From contig OZ251226.1 of NCBI GenBank assembly GCA_965240325.2, positions 682,001 to 746,000 on the forward strand: 64,000 nt of DNA, written 5' to 3'. This DNA is from Rebecca billardiae RCC1528 (taxonomy: Eukaryota; Protista; Haptophyta). Position 1 is the stretch's first letter; each line of letters starts with the position of its first letter. The notes beneath the pieces were generated by a model. It was not told the origin of the DNA. It worked only from the letters and a program-made list of their open reading frames with translations, and did not search any database. A program made the position numbers and the translations under genes. Positions 11,091-20,285 of this stretch are shown one piece after another.

Positions 11091-11390
11091 CGCGATTTCG
11101 ACGGGGGGAGCGGCGACAAACGGCTGCCCATTTGAGGACCGTCCGTCCGTGGGAGCCGTCGCGCGTCGAGCGACGAATTTATTGAGTTGTCGGCGACGAC
11201 AGTAAGTTGGCGTCATCAATCTCGCCTGCTACCTACTGCCGCTGCCCGCTGAGAGCTGACTGTGTGCGCTGCCTTTATATTCTTACAATAGTCAACTAGG
11301 TATACAGTAGTCGTCATCACCGATTATTTAACATAGTCTCAAATATAGCCATCGTCCATCACTCAGTGTCAAGTTTAACAACGGTGACCA

Positions 11391-12458
11391 TCACGCGCCT
11401 GACGCGTATCTCCAGCCCGGGTTGTGCTCAAAGTCCGAGATGCGCGCCTCGCGCCTCGCGCGCGCGTTTGCGACCGCCTGCGCTCGCTCCTGGACATACC
11501 GCGGTGCCTGCCGCACTTTGGGCTTGAACGAGCACTGCGCGAGCGCCGCGCCGGCGCGCGCGCCGCGGGCTCGGGCGTGCGGCCGCGGCGGGGGCGCGCG
11601 CGGGCAGGCCGCCGAGACACGCGCGCGCGCCAACGCGCAGCACGCCGCTCCGCCCTCCGCGCGCACCTGCCCGACCAGCTTCTCCTCGAGCACGACGCGC
11701 GAGTCGCCGCCCGCCGCCAGCAGCTCGGCGCAAAAGTCGAGCGCCTCCTTGTCGGACGAGAGGTGCTCGCCGCCGACCTTGACGCCCTTGCCGCCGCACA
11801 GGCCGTCGGCCTTGACCACGTAGTTCAGCGGGCCGACCGACGCGACGAAGCGCGTCGCCTGCTCCATCGACGTCGCGACGCAGTACTTGGGGCATGCGCC
11901 GATGCCGTTCTTGATCAGCAGCTCGCGCGTGAACGCCTTGCTGGACTCGAGCTGCGCGAGCTGCTGCGTGGGGCCGACGACCTGGATGCCGACGGCCCAC
12001 AGAGCGTCGGCGACACCCGCCTCCAGAGGCGCCTCCGGGCCGACCACCGCGAGGGTCACCTTGTTGTCCTGCGCAAACTTGGTCACAGCTGCGCGCGCGC
12101 GCGCGCGAGGAGAGCAACAGAGGAGCGGCCGGGTCAGGCTCGAGTGTGGGCGCGGCGCGTGAGGCGTGCGTGCCGAGGAGCACACGGACGTGCCATCTGG
12201 TTCGCCCGAGCCCAGCCCCCACACGTCCGTGGCGAAGCCCACCCCTGCGCGCGCGCGCACGCTGCGCGCGCCGCGCATACCTGCGCTATCCGTGATCTTG
12301 CCGACGGTGAAGGCGTCGCACAGGGCACTGATGCCCGTGTTGTTGGACGAGGCGAAGCAGCTCAGCGTCGAGCAGAGCGCTGACTCGCGCAGCTTGCGCG
12401 CGATCGCATGCTCGCGCGCGTTCGAGCCGACGACGAGGAAGTGATGCTGGCCGGTCAT
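11391..12458 (-). pseudogene. purD: Truncated/chimeric phosphoribosylamine-glycine ligase (GARS); exons 12458-12281, 12088-11667, 11534-11391
   Basis: LVVGSNAREHAI, VVGPEAPLEAGVAD, QLESSKAFTR, YVVKADGLCGGKGV, VVLEEKLVGQ. The last exon (CSFKPKVRQAPRY...ASGA*) is unrelated to GARS, so the C-terminal half of the enzyme is missing. Confidence 0.8.
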
Positions 12459-12636
12459 CGTGGTCCCGATTGGCGAGCACGGACGTGGTCAGTGCCTGCG
12501 TCAAAAGGGCCGCACCGCCGGTGCGTCGGCTGGGACCGCGCTGGTTCAGGCGTCATCGGACACAAGCTCGTGACGAAAGAATCCGGCAGCTCCCCCGGAC
12601 TTTCCTCCGACTCACGATGGCGGCTGCCATGACGAA

Positions 12637-14229
12637 ATGATGAATCGCCGGCTGGCAGCTCGTCTCCTTCACGGGCACCAGCGCAAGGTGCTCGCGCGGA
12701 TCACGCCAGAGTCGCTGCGTGGCACAGCGCTACGCCTCGCGGAGGGCGAGCTGCCCATATGTGCGCCGAGCTGCGGCGGCGCGTACGCCGTTGTCGGCCC
12801 GAATGCCGGCGGGAAGAGCACGCTGCTGCGTGCCGCCGTGCGCATGCAGCCGCGCGAAGGCGACGGCGCGTGTCGGCTCGTCTCGTTCGAGCACCACCGT
12901 GCAGTGCTCCGGGACCACCGTGAGCACGCCGCCAGCCGCGTCCTCGGCCGCCGCCTCAGCCACGCGGCCAAGTACCTCGTCGTGCGCTTTGGGCTGTACC
13001 TGCTGCTGTCGCGGCGCGTCGAGCAGCTCTCCACCGGCGAGATGCGCAAGCTGCTGCTCGTGCGCGCGCTGAGCGCGAGGCCGCAGCTACTGCTGCTCGA
13101 CAACGCGTTCGACGGGCTCGACGCCCGCGCCCGTGCCGAGCTGCGCGACCTCGTCGGCCAGACGGCGCGCGGCTTCGGCGAGCTCCTGGTCCAGGGCGTG
13201 TCCGCGCGCTCGACCGCGCGCGCGCAGCTCCTGATCGCGACGCACCGGCCTGAGGAGCTGCCCGCGGAGGTGCGCGAGGCGATCGTCGTGGACGCAGGCG
13301 GCGCGGTGCACCAGCCCGTGCCTCTGGACGCGTGCGCTGACGCGCTCGCGCCCGCGCGTCTGGACGAGGCTGCGGCCGCCATCGTCGGCTCGTGGCAGCA
13401 GCGGCCGCGGCGGCAGGGCGCTGAGCACGCGGCCGCACGCACTGGCGCTTCGGCTGACGAGCCGGTCGTGCGCATGCACGGCGCGACTGTGAGCTCGCGC
13501 GACGGCACGCGCCTTGTCGGCCCGCTCGACTGGACCTTCGCGCGCGGCGAGCACTGGGCGCTGCTCGGCGGCAACGGCGCCGGCAAGAGCTCGCTCGTGC
13601 GCGCGCTCAGCTCGCAGCCGAGCGCGCGCGTCTCCGCGGGCGAGGGGCAGGTGCTCGGCCACGCGCTGCCAAGCAGCACGCTGCGGCCGAGCCAGGAATG
13701 GCGCCCGCCGGCGGGCGTGGCCGTCGTGTCCACGGAGCTGCACCTCGAGACGCTCGAGCGCGCGCGCGCAGACTTGCCCACGGCAGAGCTCGTCCGAGCT
13801 GCCGCCGCGGCCGCAGCCGTGCCGGATGCTGACGGCTGGGCGCGCGCCGTGCTCGGCGGGCTTGGCCTGCACGCCAGCCGCGCCGAGCATCCGTTCGCCG
13901 CGCTCTCGCAAGGCGAGCAGAAGCTCGCGCTCCTCGCGCGCGCCGTGGCCGCCCAGCCGGCGCTCCTCGTGCTGGACGAATGGGGCCAGGGGCTGGACTC
14001 CGCGCGCCGCGCACACGTGCGCGCGCTCCTCGACGCGCTGTGCGCGCAGGGTGGCGCCTCGGCGGATGGCCGCGCACGATGCGTCACGCAGCTGCTCGTT
14101 GTGACACACTACGCGGACGAGATCCCAGGCGGCGTGACACACGTGCTGCACATGGGCGACGGAGGGCACCCCACGTTCTGTGGCACGAGAGCGGACTACG
14201 ACGACGCTGTCGCTGGCACCGGGCCATGA
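12637..14229 (+). CDS. modF: ModF-like soluble ABC ATPase with two nucleotide-binding domains
   Basis: NBD1: GPNAGGKST / LSTGEMRK / LLLLDNAFDGLD. NBD2: GEHWALLGGNGAGKSS / LSQGEQK / LVLDE / VTH. No TM domains; intronless. Confidence 0.85.
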   Translation: MMNRRLAARLLHGHQRKVLARITPESLRGTALRLAEGELPICAPSCGGAYAVVGPNAGGKSTLLRAAVRMQPREGDGACRLVSFEHHRAVLRDHREHAASRVLGRRLSHAAKYLVVRFGLYLLLSRRVEQLSTGEMRKLLLVRALSARPQLLLLDNAFDGLDARARAELRDLVGQTARGFGELLVQGVSARSTARAQLLIATHRPEELPAEVREAIVVDAGGAVHQPVPLDACADALAPARLDEAAAAIVGSWQQRPRRQGAEHAAARTGASADEPVVRMHGATVSSRDGTRLVGPLDWTFARGEHWALLGGNGAGKSSLVRALSSQPSARVSAGEGQVLGHALPSSTLRPSQEWRPPAGVAVVSTELHLETLERARADLPTAELVRAAAAAAAVPDADGWARAVLGGLGLHASRAEHPFAALSQGEQKLALLARAVAAQPALLVLDEWGQGLDSARRAHVRALLDALCAQGGASADGRARCVTQLLVVTHYADEIPGGVTHVLHMGDGGHPTFCGTRADYDDAVAGTGP

Positions 14230-14704
14230 CGCCGACGTTGCCAACGTGACGAATCCAGTTGCCGTCTGATGATCGGACGCGAGGCCGTGCGCCCGCGCGG
14301 CCCCGCTGAGGGCCTGAGTGCCCTGAGGCGCTGTCGACCTGGTCCTGTGGCCGTGTGGTGTGTGGGTTGCATGCTGACGAGTGGCGCTGAGAGCTGCTCC
14401 GATGATGACACTCAGCAGTGAGAATTATTGTCGTAGCTGCTGCCCGTGCTGACGATGGTCGCTGTGGCCCGGGCCCGCCCGGGCCGGGCCCGGTCGGCCC
14501 GGAGACCCGCCGGGGCCGGAGTCGCTACTCGCTGTGTCTGTGACCAGTGTCTACGGTGACAATAGACTAATAGAGTGACTACACTCGTCACTCGTCTCTG
14601 TCGTCTCGATCACTCTGACTCTGGATGTGAGTGGATGGACACGGCTCAAGCTGGTCGTAGACACTACAACGCAATAACGACTATCAGCTACGGCGACATC
14701 ATCA

Positions 14705-16001
14705 TGGCCCGCGGTGCAGGGCGGAGCGCGCAGCGTGGAGCCCGCACCAGCGGGCCCGAACCACGTTTCAAAAAGATCTTTGATCAAGAAAAAAGGGACG
14801 GGGGGCGGCGGAAAAAAAGGGACGGGGGGCGATTTTTAGGGCTGGCGGAGACCGAGTTTCGAGTTTTTGAGATCGCATAGAGAGGTCTATTAGGCCGAAA
14901 AAGAGCGCGCCCAGCTGATTCCCTTAAGTAAAGTGCGATCTGGACGTCAGCTGGACGTGACATTAGTGTAACGGTTCGTTACGAGCGAATCGTACTCGTC
15001 TTCCCGGATCGCGTGACGTCCGGACTGGGCCACATCCGGATCGTCGGAGGTGACGTGCCCCGGCACGATGACGATGGGCGATGGCGGATATGCGGGACGG
15101 CGCCTGCACGTGCCTCCGGACCCGCCTCCCGCTTGCTGCTCACGCAGTCAGCTGCGACCGTGGCGCATGATCGCAGAAGCAGTGCCGGCAGTACGGCCTG
15201 CATCAGCTAGTGCCGCGCCGTCGTGGCGCGCGCGGTACGGTTGCGCGTTTGCAGCGCTCGCCGCTCGCTCGGCGACGGCACGCGCGTGCGGCTCAGGTGT
15301 GTCAAATGCGGTCTCGTCGGCGCGCTTTCGCCTGCCACCTCGTGCACCCGTGCCGCCAGTTTCATCGTCTTCATGAGGACTGCTGCTGCTGTCGCCATCC
15401 GCTCTCCATCACCCCGAGTCGCCGGTCGCGCGGCGCGCGCGGTAGGCACTAGGCAGGGCGTACGGTCACTCACCCGTGCAACGGGTCAAGTGGCCAGAGT
15501 ACGTCTGGTCGTTGGCTGGCACGGGCCGCAGCGCTAAAGCACCCTGCTGTCACACCCGACTCCTTCAGTACTCCGAGCTCCGCGGCACGACTCACTCGGC
15601 ACGATCGCGGACGGGTCGGATCCGAGCTGATCAGCCAAAGTTGGACACAGTTTGGCAGCTACTAGTAGTAATTCCGATGCCGATGGCACGATCGCGGACG
15701 GGTCGGATCCGAGCTGATCAGCCAGTTGGACATTTGGCAGCTAGTTGTCAGACGGACGTCCGATTTGACGACCGGTGCCGGGTGCGGTCTCAGGTCCGCT
15801 GCTGTGATTGTGTGAAGTGTGAATGAGTCTAGCGGTCGCGCAGGCAGGGCGACGGTCGGACTAATAGCTTCAGTCATCTCAGAACCGACTTCAACTGGCG
15901 AACTGCCACTACGGCGGCGGAGAGCCGCGATTGCACGGCCACCGCGGGCCCCCAACTGCGTTGATTCTATGCAGAAAAGGACCGCGGAACGCGGTCATTA
16001 G
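14705..16001 (+). mobile_element. Helentron/Helitron2-like non-autonomous element, copy A
   Basis: 5' TGGCCCGCGGTG with a nearby partial inverted repeat GCACCAGCGGGCC; 3' subterminal IR CACCGCGGGCC (15940-15950); terminal hairpin GACCGCG-GAA-CGCGGTC (15980-15996). The first ~170 nt are shared with 23541(-) and 62554(+). Confidence 0.7.
15598..15742 (+). repeat. Direct repeat (~60 nt, 87-nt spacing) inside element copy A
   Basis: GGCACGATCGCGGACGGGTCGGATCCGAGCTGATCAGCCA at 15598 and 15685. Confidence 0.85.
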
Positions 16002-16249
16002 TTCATCGTCCCATCAGGTGCCGGCGTCTGCTCGTTGACGGCGTCACGGCGCCGCCCAGTATGGGCCTGCCTCGGGCTGCCAGTCGGCAGTCAACGACGC
16101 CACACCTGCGCTCGCACACTGCCCGGCTGCGGCCGCGAATCCCCATCGCGAAACGCTGCACGCAGCCGAGCCCATCGGCGGTCCCCACAATGCCACGTGC
16201 GTGCGTGCGCAGACCGCGAGCCACCGGACAGCGGCGCCGGCCACCGGAC

Positions 16250-17414
16250 TCAGGGCACACGCAGGAGGAGGTTCTCGACGGGCGTCATCGCGGACGCCTC
16301 GGCGACGGTCGCCTTCAGGGCCGCCTGCGCGAGCTTGAGCACCTCCCGGTCGCGGCCCGACAGTGCCGGCCGCTGCGCGACGCTCGCTAGCCGCTCAGGG
16401 CTCCAATCCCCGCCGCCCGCCGGCGCCGGGAGGGTGGCAGGTGCGGCGGGCTTGGCCGGCCGTTCGAGTGCTTTCTCAAGGGCGGGCCTGTGCTGCTGCT
16501 TGCGCTGCGCCATCGCGGCGGACTCGAGCGGCTCGGCCAGCTCGTGCAGGTCGACAAACGCCTGGACGGTGCGCTCCGCCATCTCGCCGCTGTTTGGCCC
16601 ATCGCTCCCTCCGCCGCTCTCCGCCGGCCCTCCGGCCGCCTGCCAGCAGCCGCGCCGCGCGCGTCCGCACGCGCACACGCCGCGCGCGCAGTGGAAGGGC
16701 GAGGGGCGCGGCAGGTGAGTGTCGGTGGGCAGCAGGCGCTCGCGTGCGGCGCCGCGCGCGGCGGGAGCGCGCGGCGGCGACGGGTTGCAGCCGCGGCCGC
16801 CTGCGCGCCCAACCCCGGCCCCGCCCCGCATGCGCGCACCAGCTCACCCAGCGTGTCCGCATCCTCGATGCCGCGCGGCGGCTGCTCCTCCTGCAGGAAA
16901 TCTCGGAACGCCGAGCTCGCGCTGATCTCGACGTGGCTCTGGCACGCCTGCGCGGGGTGGCGGAAGGCGGGTGGGGTGTTGGTGGGGATCATCGGCTTCT
17001 GCCGGCGGGGCAGCCGCGGCGCGAGCGTGGCTGGCGCGAGGCGTGGCGCCGTGCGACCGGGCACCTCGAGGAAAGTGTTGAGGCCGCGCACGCGCGCCTC
17101 GATCACGCGTGGGCTGAGCGAGCCAAAGAGTGACTTGCCGGGGATGGCTGGGACGTTTGCATACAGTGCAGACAGCTTCTCGTGGAGCTTGTGCCACTCG
17201 CGGTACCTGCGGAACGTCAACCAAGAGCGGCCGTCGCTTTCCACCTGCAAGACGTAAACCGTGTGCGCGCTACGCACACAGCAGGGGGCGTGGTGAGGCG
17301 CACAGCGCGGAGCGGGCGTGAGGGGCGCATGCCGGGCGCGCCTCCGGGCGCGCCAGCCGCGCCGCACCCTGTCGGCTGGTGCACGGTGCGCGACCCCTTG
17401 AACGTGGCGAACAT
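16250..17414 (-). CDS. PX-domain protein with a LAMTOR1-like C-terminus; exons 17414-17368, 17269-17065, 16947-16840, 16639-16250
   Basis: Spliced product MFATFKGSRTVHQPTGAHTVYVLQV...WLTFRRYREWHKLHEKL...PAIPGKSLFG...IEARVRGLNTFLEAC...FRDFL is a canonical PX domain. All three GT-AG introns keep the frame. The LAMTOR1 likeness is inference. Confidence 0.85.
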
Positions 17415-17496
17415 GCCGCCACGCGGGTATCGGCACTGCGCCCGAGCCCGGCGCAAACTCCAAGGTCCAAAGTTGTGGCTTCCCTCGGCCGTCGCG

Positions 17497-18450
17497 GCAG
17501 CCGGTGCGCTTGCGCCCAAGCTGGACGACATGGTCGACGTGGTGCGCCTCAAGTGTGACCACACCGGCTGCACGAAGGGGCCTTCGTTCGGCATGCCGGG
17601 CGACAAGCGCGCCAGCCGGTGCGCTGAGCACAAGCTGGCCGGCATGGTCGATGTGAGGAACCCCAAGTGCGGTCATGCCGGCTGCATGAAGGGGCCATCA
17701 TACGGCATGCCGGGCGACAAGCGCGCCAGCCGGTGCGCTGAGCACAAGCTGGCCGGCATGGTCGATGTGAGGAACCCCAAGTGCGGTCATGCCGGCTGCA
17801 CGAAGGGGCCATCATACGGCATGCCGGGCGACACGCGCGCCAGCCGGTGCGCTGGGCACAAGCTGGAGGGCATGGTCAATGTGGTGAGCCTCAAGTGCGA
17901 TCATGCCGGCTGCACGAAGGGGCCATCATACGGCATGCCGGGCGACACGCGCGGCAGCCGGTGCGCTGAGCACAAGCTGGTCGGCATGGTCGATGTGAGG
18001 CACCCCAAGTGTGATCATGCCGGCTGCACAAAACAGCCGTCATGCGGCATGCCGGGCGACAAGCGCGCCAGCCGGTGCGCTGAGCACAAGCTGGCCGGCA
18101 TGGTCGATGTGATGAACCCCAAGTGCGAGCATGCCGGCTGCACAAAACAGCCGTCATGCGGCATGCCGGGCGACACGCGCGCCAGCCGGTGCGCTGAGCA
18201 CAAGCTGGCCGGCATGGTCGATGTGAGGAGCCGCAAGTGTTCTCATACCGGCTGCACGAAAAGGCCTTCATTCGGCATGCCGGGCGACACGCGCGCCTGC
18301 CGGTGCGCTGAGCACAAGCTGGCCGGCATGGTCGATGTGTTGAGTCCCAAGTGCGATCATGCCGGCTGCACAAAACAGCCATCATACGGCATGCCGGGCG
18401 ACACGCGCGCCAGCCTGTGCGCTGAGCGCAAGCTGGCCGGCATGGTCAAC
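17497..18450 (+). repeat. Coding tandem repeat, 114-bp period
   Basis: GCGCTGAGCACAAGCTGG at 17621, 17735 and onward at 114-nt spacing with minor variants; a degenerate partial unit at 17497-17530. Confidence 0.95.
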
Positions 18451-18909
18451 ACTCAGCGCCTCGCTGTCCCAAAGCGCAGGCTGGAGCATGGCACCGGCGA
18501 CCAGGGCACGCGCGCCGCGAAGCGACTGGACAAACACACCAGCCGCGTTGCGGCTATTCCGGACGCCGCGCCGCGGCTTTACCCACCGCCGCCGCTGGTC
18601 GCAGTCAGCATCGTCCGCTGGCGCTCGCAAGATGGCACGATCCATTCGGTTGACGACGGGGTGGTCTATGATGGTGCGTGGGCCCTTGACCAGCGGCATC
18701 AGTGTGGCAACGCAGGTGACGACGCAGTCCGGGCTGCCCCTGGCAGCTATGAGAACACCCAGGGACTACCAGCAAGCGTCAACACCAACGCTGAGCCAGG
18801 ACTGCCATCACCATCGACGATGGCGGTGGGAGCACGACTGCAGCAACCACAGACTGTCATACCCGTCGTGATGGCAAGGAGGGCCAGGTCCCATGATGCT
18901 GCAGGCTGA
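17530..18909 (+). CDS. EsV-1-7 cysteine-rich repeat protein, copy 1 (8 x 38-aa units)
   Basis: Unit KCxHxGCxxxPSxGMPGDxRASRCAEHKLxGMVxVxxx matches the EsV-1-7 motif (C-x4-C...PSFG...C-xx-HK-xx-GMVDV). It is followed by a basic NLS-like segment and a unique tail. Start uncertain; the alternative ATG at 17413 overlaps the PX start codon. Confidence 0.85.
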   Translation: MVDVVRLKCDHTGCTKGPSFGMPGDKRASRCAEHKLAGMVDVRNPKCGHAGCMKGPSYGMPGDKRASRCAEHKLAGMVDVRNPKCGHAGCTKGPSYGMPGDTRASRCAGHKLEGMVNVVSLKCDHAGCTKGPSYGMPGDTRGSRCAEHKLVGMVDVRHPKCDHAGCTKQPSCGMPGDKRASRCAEHKLAGMVDVMNPKCEHAGCTKQPSCGMPGDTRASRCAEHKLAGMVDVRSRKCSHTGCTKRPSFGMPGDTRACRCAEHKLAGMVDVLSPKCDHAGCTKQPSYGMPGDTRASLCAERKLAGMVNTQRLAVPKRRLEHGTGDQGTRAAKRLDKHTSRVAAIPDAAPRLYPPPPLVAVSIVRWRSQDGTIHSVDDGVVYDGAWALDQRHQCGNAGDDAVRAAPGSYENTQGLPASVNTNAEPGLPSPSTMAVGARLQQPQTVIPVVMARRARSHDAAG

Positions 18910-20285
18910 TGAAGCCGTGCCAAGCGTGGCTCGTCGTGATGATCTCCCGACGGTCATCACGACGACCTTTCGTTCAAGCGAGCGCCGGCATCAGGCAGCC
19001 GATTCCGAGACGCCACATGCGGCACGCGGGCACTGCACGGAAGTTCTTCGATCAGACTGCAGCGCGCTCGACTTCGCGCCCCGGTTCCGCCTCATGTTGA
19101 CCGGAGCCCCTCCGCATTCTCAGTCCGACTCGCGGTCAGCAACTTGGGGTGGCCCACCAAGCTGCTCAAGACCTTCATCGTCACCGACTCCGATGACGGG
19201 GACTTGCCATAGGCATGGCCGCATGCTCTGCCCGATGTGCTTCCTCATTCCTGGGAGTGAGTGGGACCTGGGGCAAAGGCGTGCTCGATGGCGCAGAGAC
19301 GTAGAGTCACGTCCGACGGGGCGGCAGATTGCCAGACTGGCACATTGGTCGTACGTGTTTACTGGTCACAGTGCCAGTGGTACGACTGACATCCCGAGCC
19401 GCACTCGGCACTGGGCCTGGCCCGACTCTTAACGGCGGGCCGACGGTAACGGACGTAAGTGATCGCGCTGGCACCTCGCACAGCACTGCCAGCACAGCTG
19501 CACCTCAGAGCCGGCATGCCTCCAGGCCCAGCCCCGGCCTGGGCGGCGCTGGCGCTTCCCGATTATTCCGTGCGGGCGTGCCGGCCCGGGCCACGCCATC
19601 GATCTCTGTATTCTGCTGCTCTGATATATCTCTCCGACCGGACGCCGATCGATGCGGATAATTATTTAGAGTGCAAATAACATCACTGATAACCGCCGCG
19701 CCCGACGACCGGAGTAAGTACTGACAGGCCGTGTAACCTCGGCTGCGCAAAGCGCCTCACCCGGTGACTGCTAGTCACTAGTGGCACCCGCTCCGCGGGC
19801 CGCCGGGCTCCGCAAATAGTTAACCGTACTAATTCAGGATCCGCTTAAATATACTACAGAGTACAGTACTACAATGATACGTGTGCCAGCACCTCTAACT
19901 AGCTTACTCGTACTCTCAGTCTCTCTAGCTGAATTAGTGAATAGCAGACAACAGCAACTGACAACTGTACTGCTGTCCGACTCTACACTTCTTTCTGTGC
20001 CAGCGGAGGGGAGGGGGGGGACAGGCTGCTACAGCAACTGGGGATAGAGGTCATACTTACAAGTAGCGCCAGCGGAGCGGTGGTTGGTAGCTAGTGCCGT
20101 TAGTGCGGAGTGCCACTGCCAGTGCTCTGAGTCTGACGACGGCAGTTCCCAGCAGGCCGGCACCAAGCATTTTCGGAAAGGAACCCCGCCGAATTCCTGC
20201 CCCTCAAGGCGGTGGCGTGCACTGCGTGCGCCGCTGCCGCCCCTTCGCATCGACTTCTCGTCGCGAATCGCGCGATCCTAGATCC

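Noticed and set aside
2106-17064. Apparent excess of stop-free 3n introns (105, 192, 132, 117 nt)
   Set aside because: Many other introns are not 3n (169, 142, 128, 98, 200, 193, 107, 95, 101 nt), and high GC explains the lack of stops.
17497-18450. CRISPR-like array interpretation of the 114-bp repeats (also 44770-45863 and 58102-58424)
   Set aside because: Eukaryotic context and no cas genes. The 114-bp units are in-frame coding repeats without unique spacers, and the 58 kb copies are irregular.
18893-19432. ORF with CHRH...CPMC downstream of EsV-1-7 copy 1 as a read-through nuclease or zinc domain
   Set aside because: Different frame, no counterpart after copy 2, and no nuclease motif.
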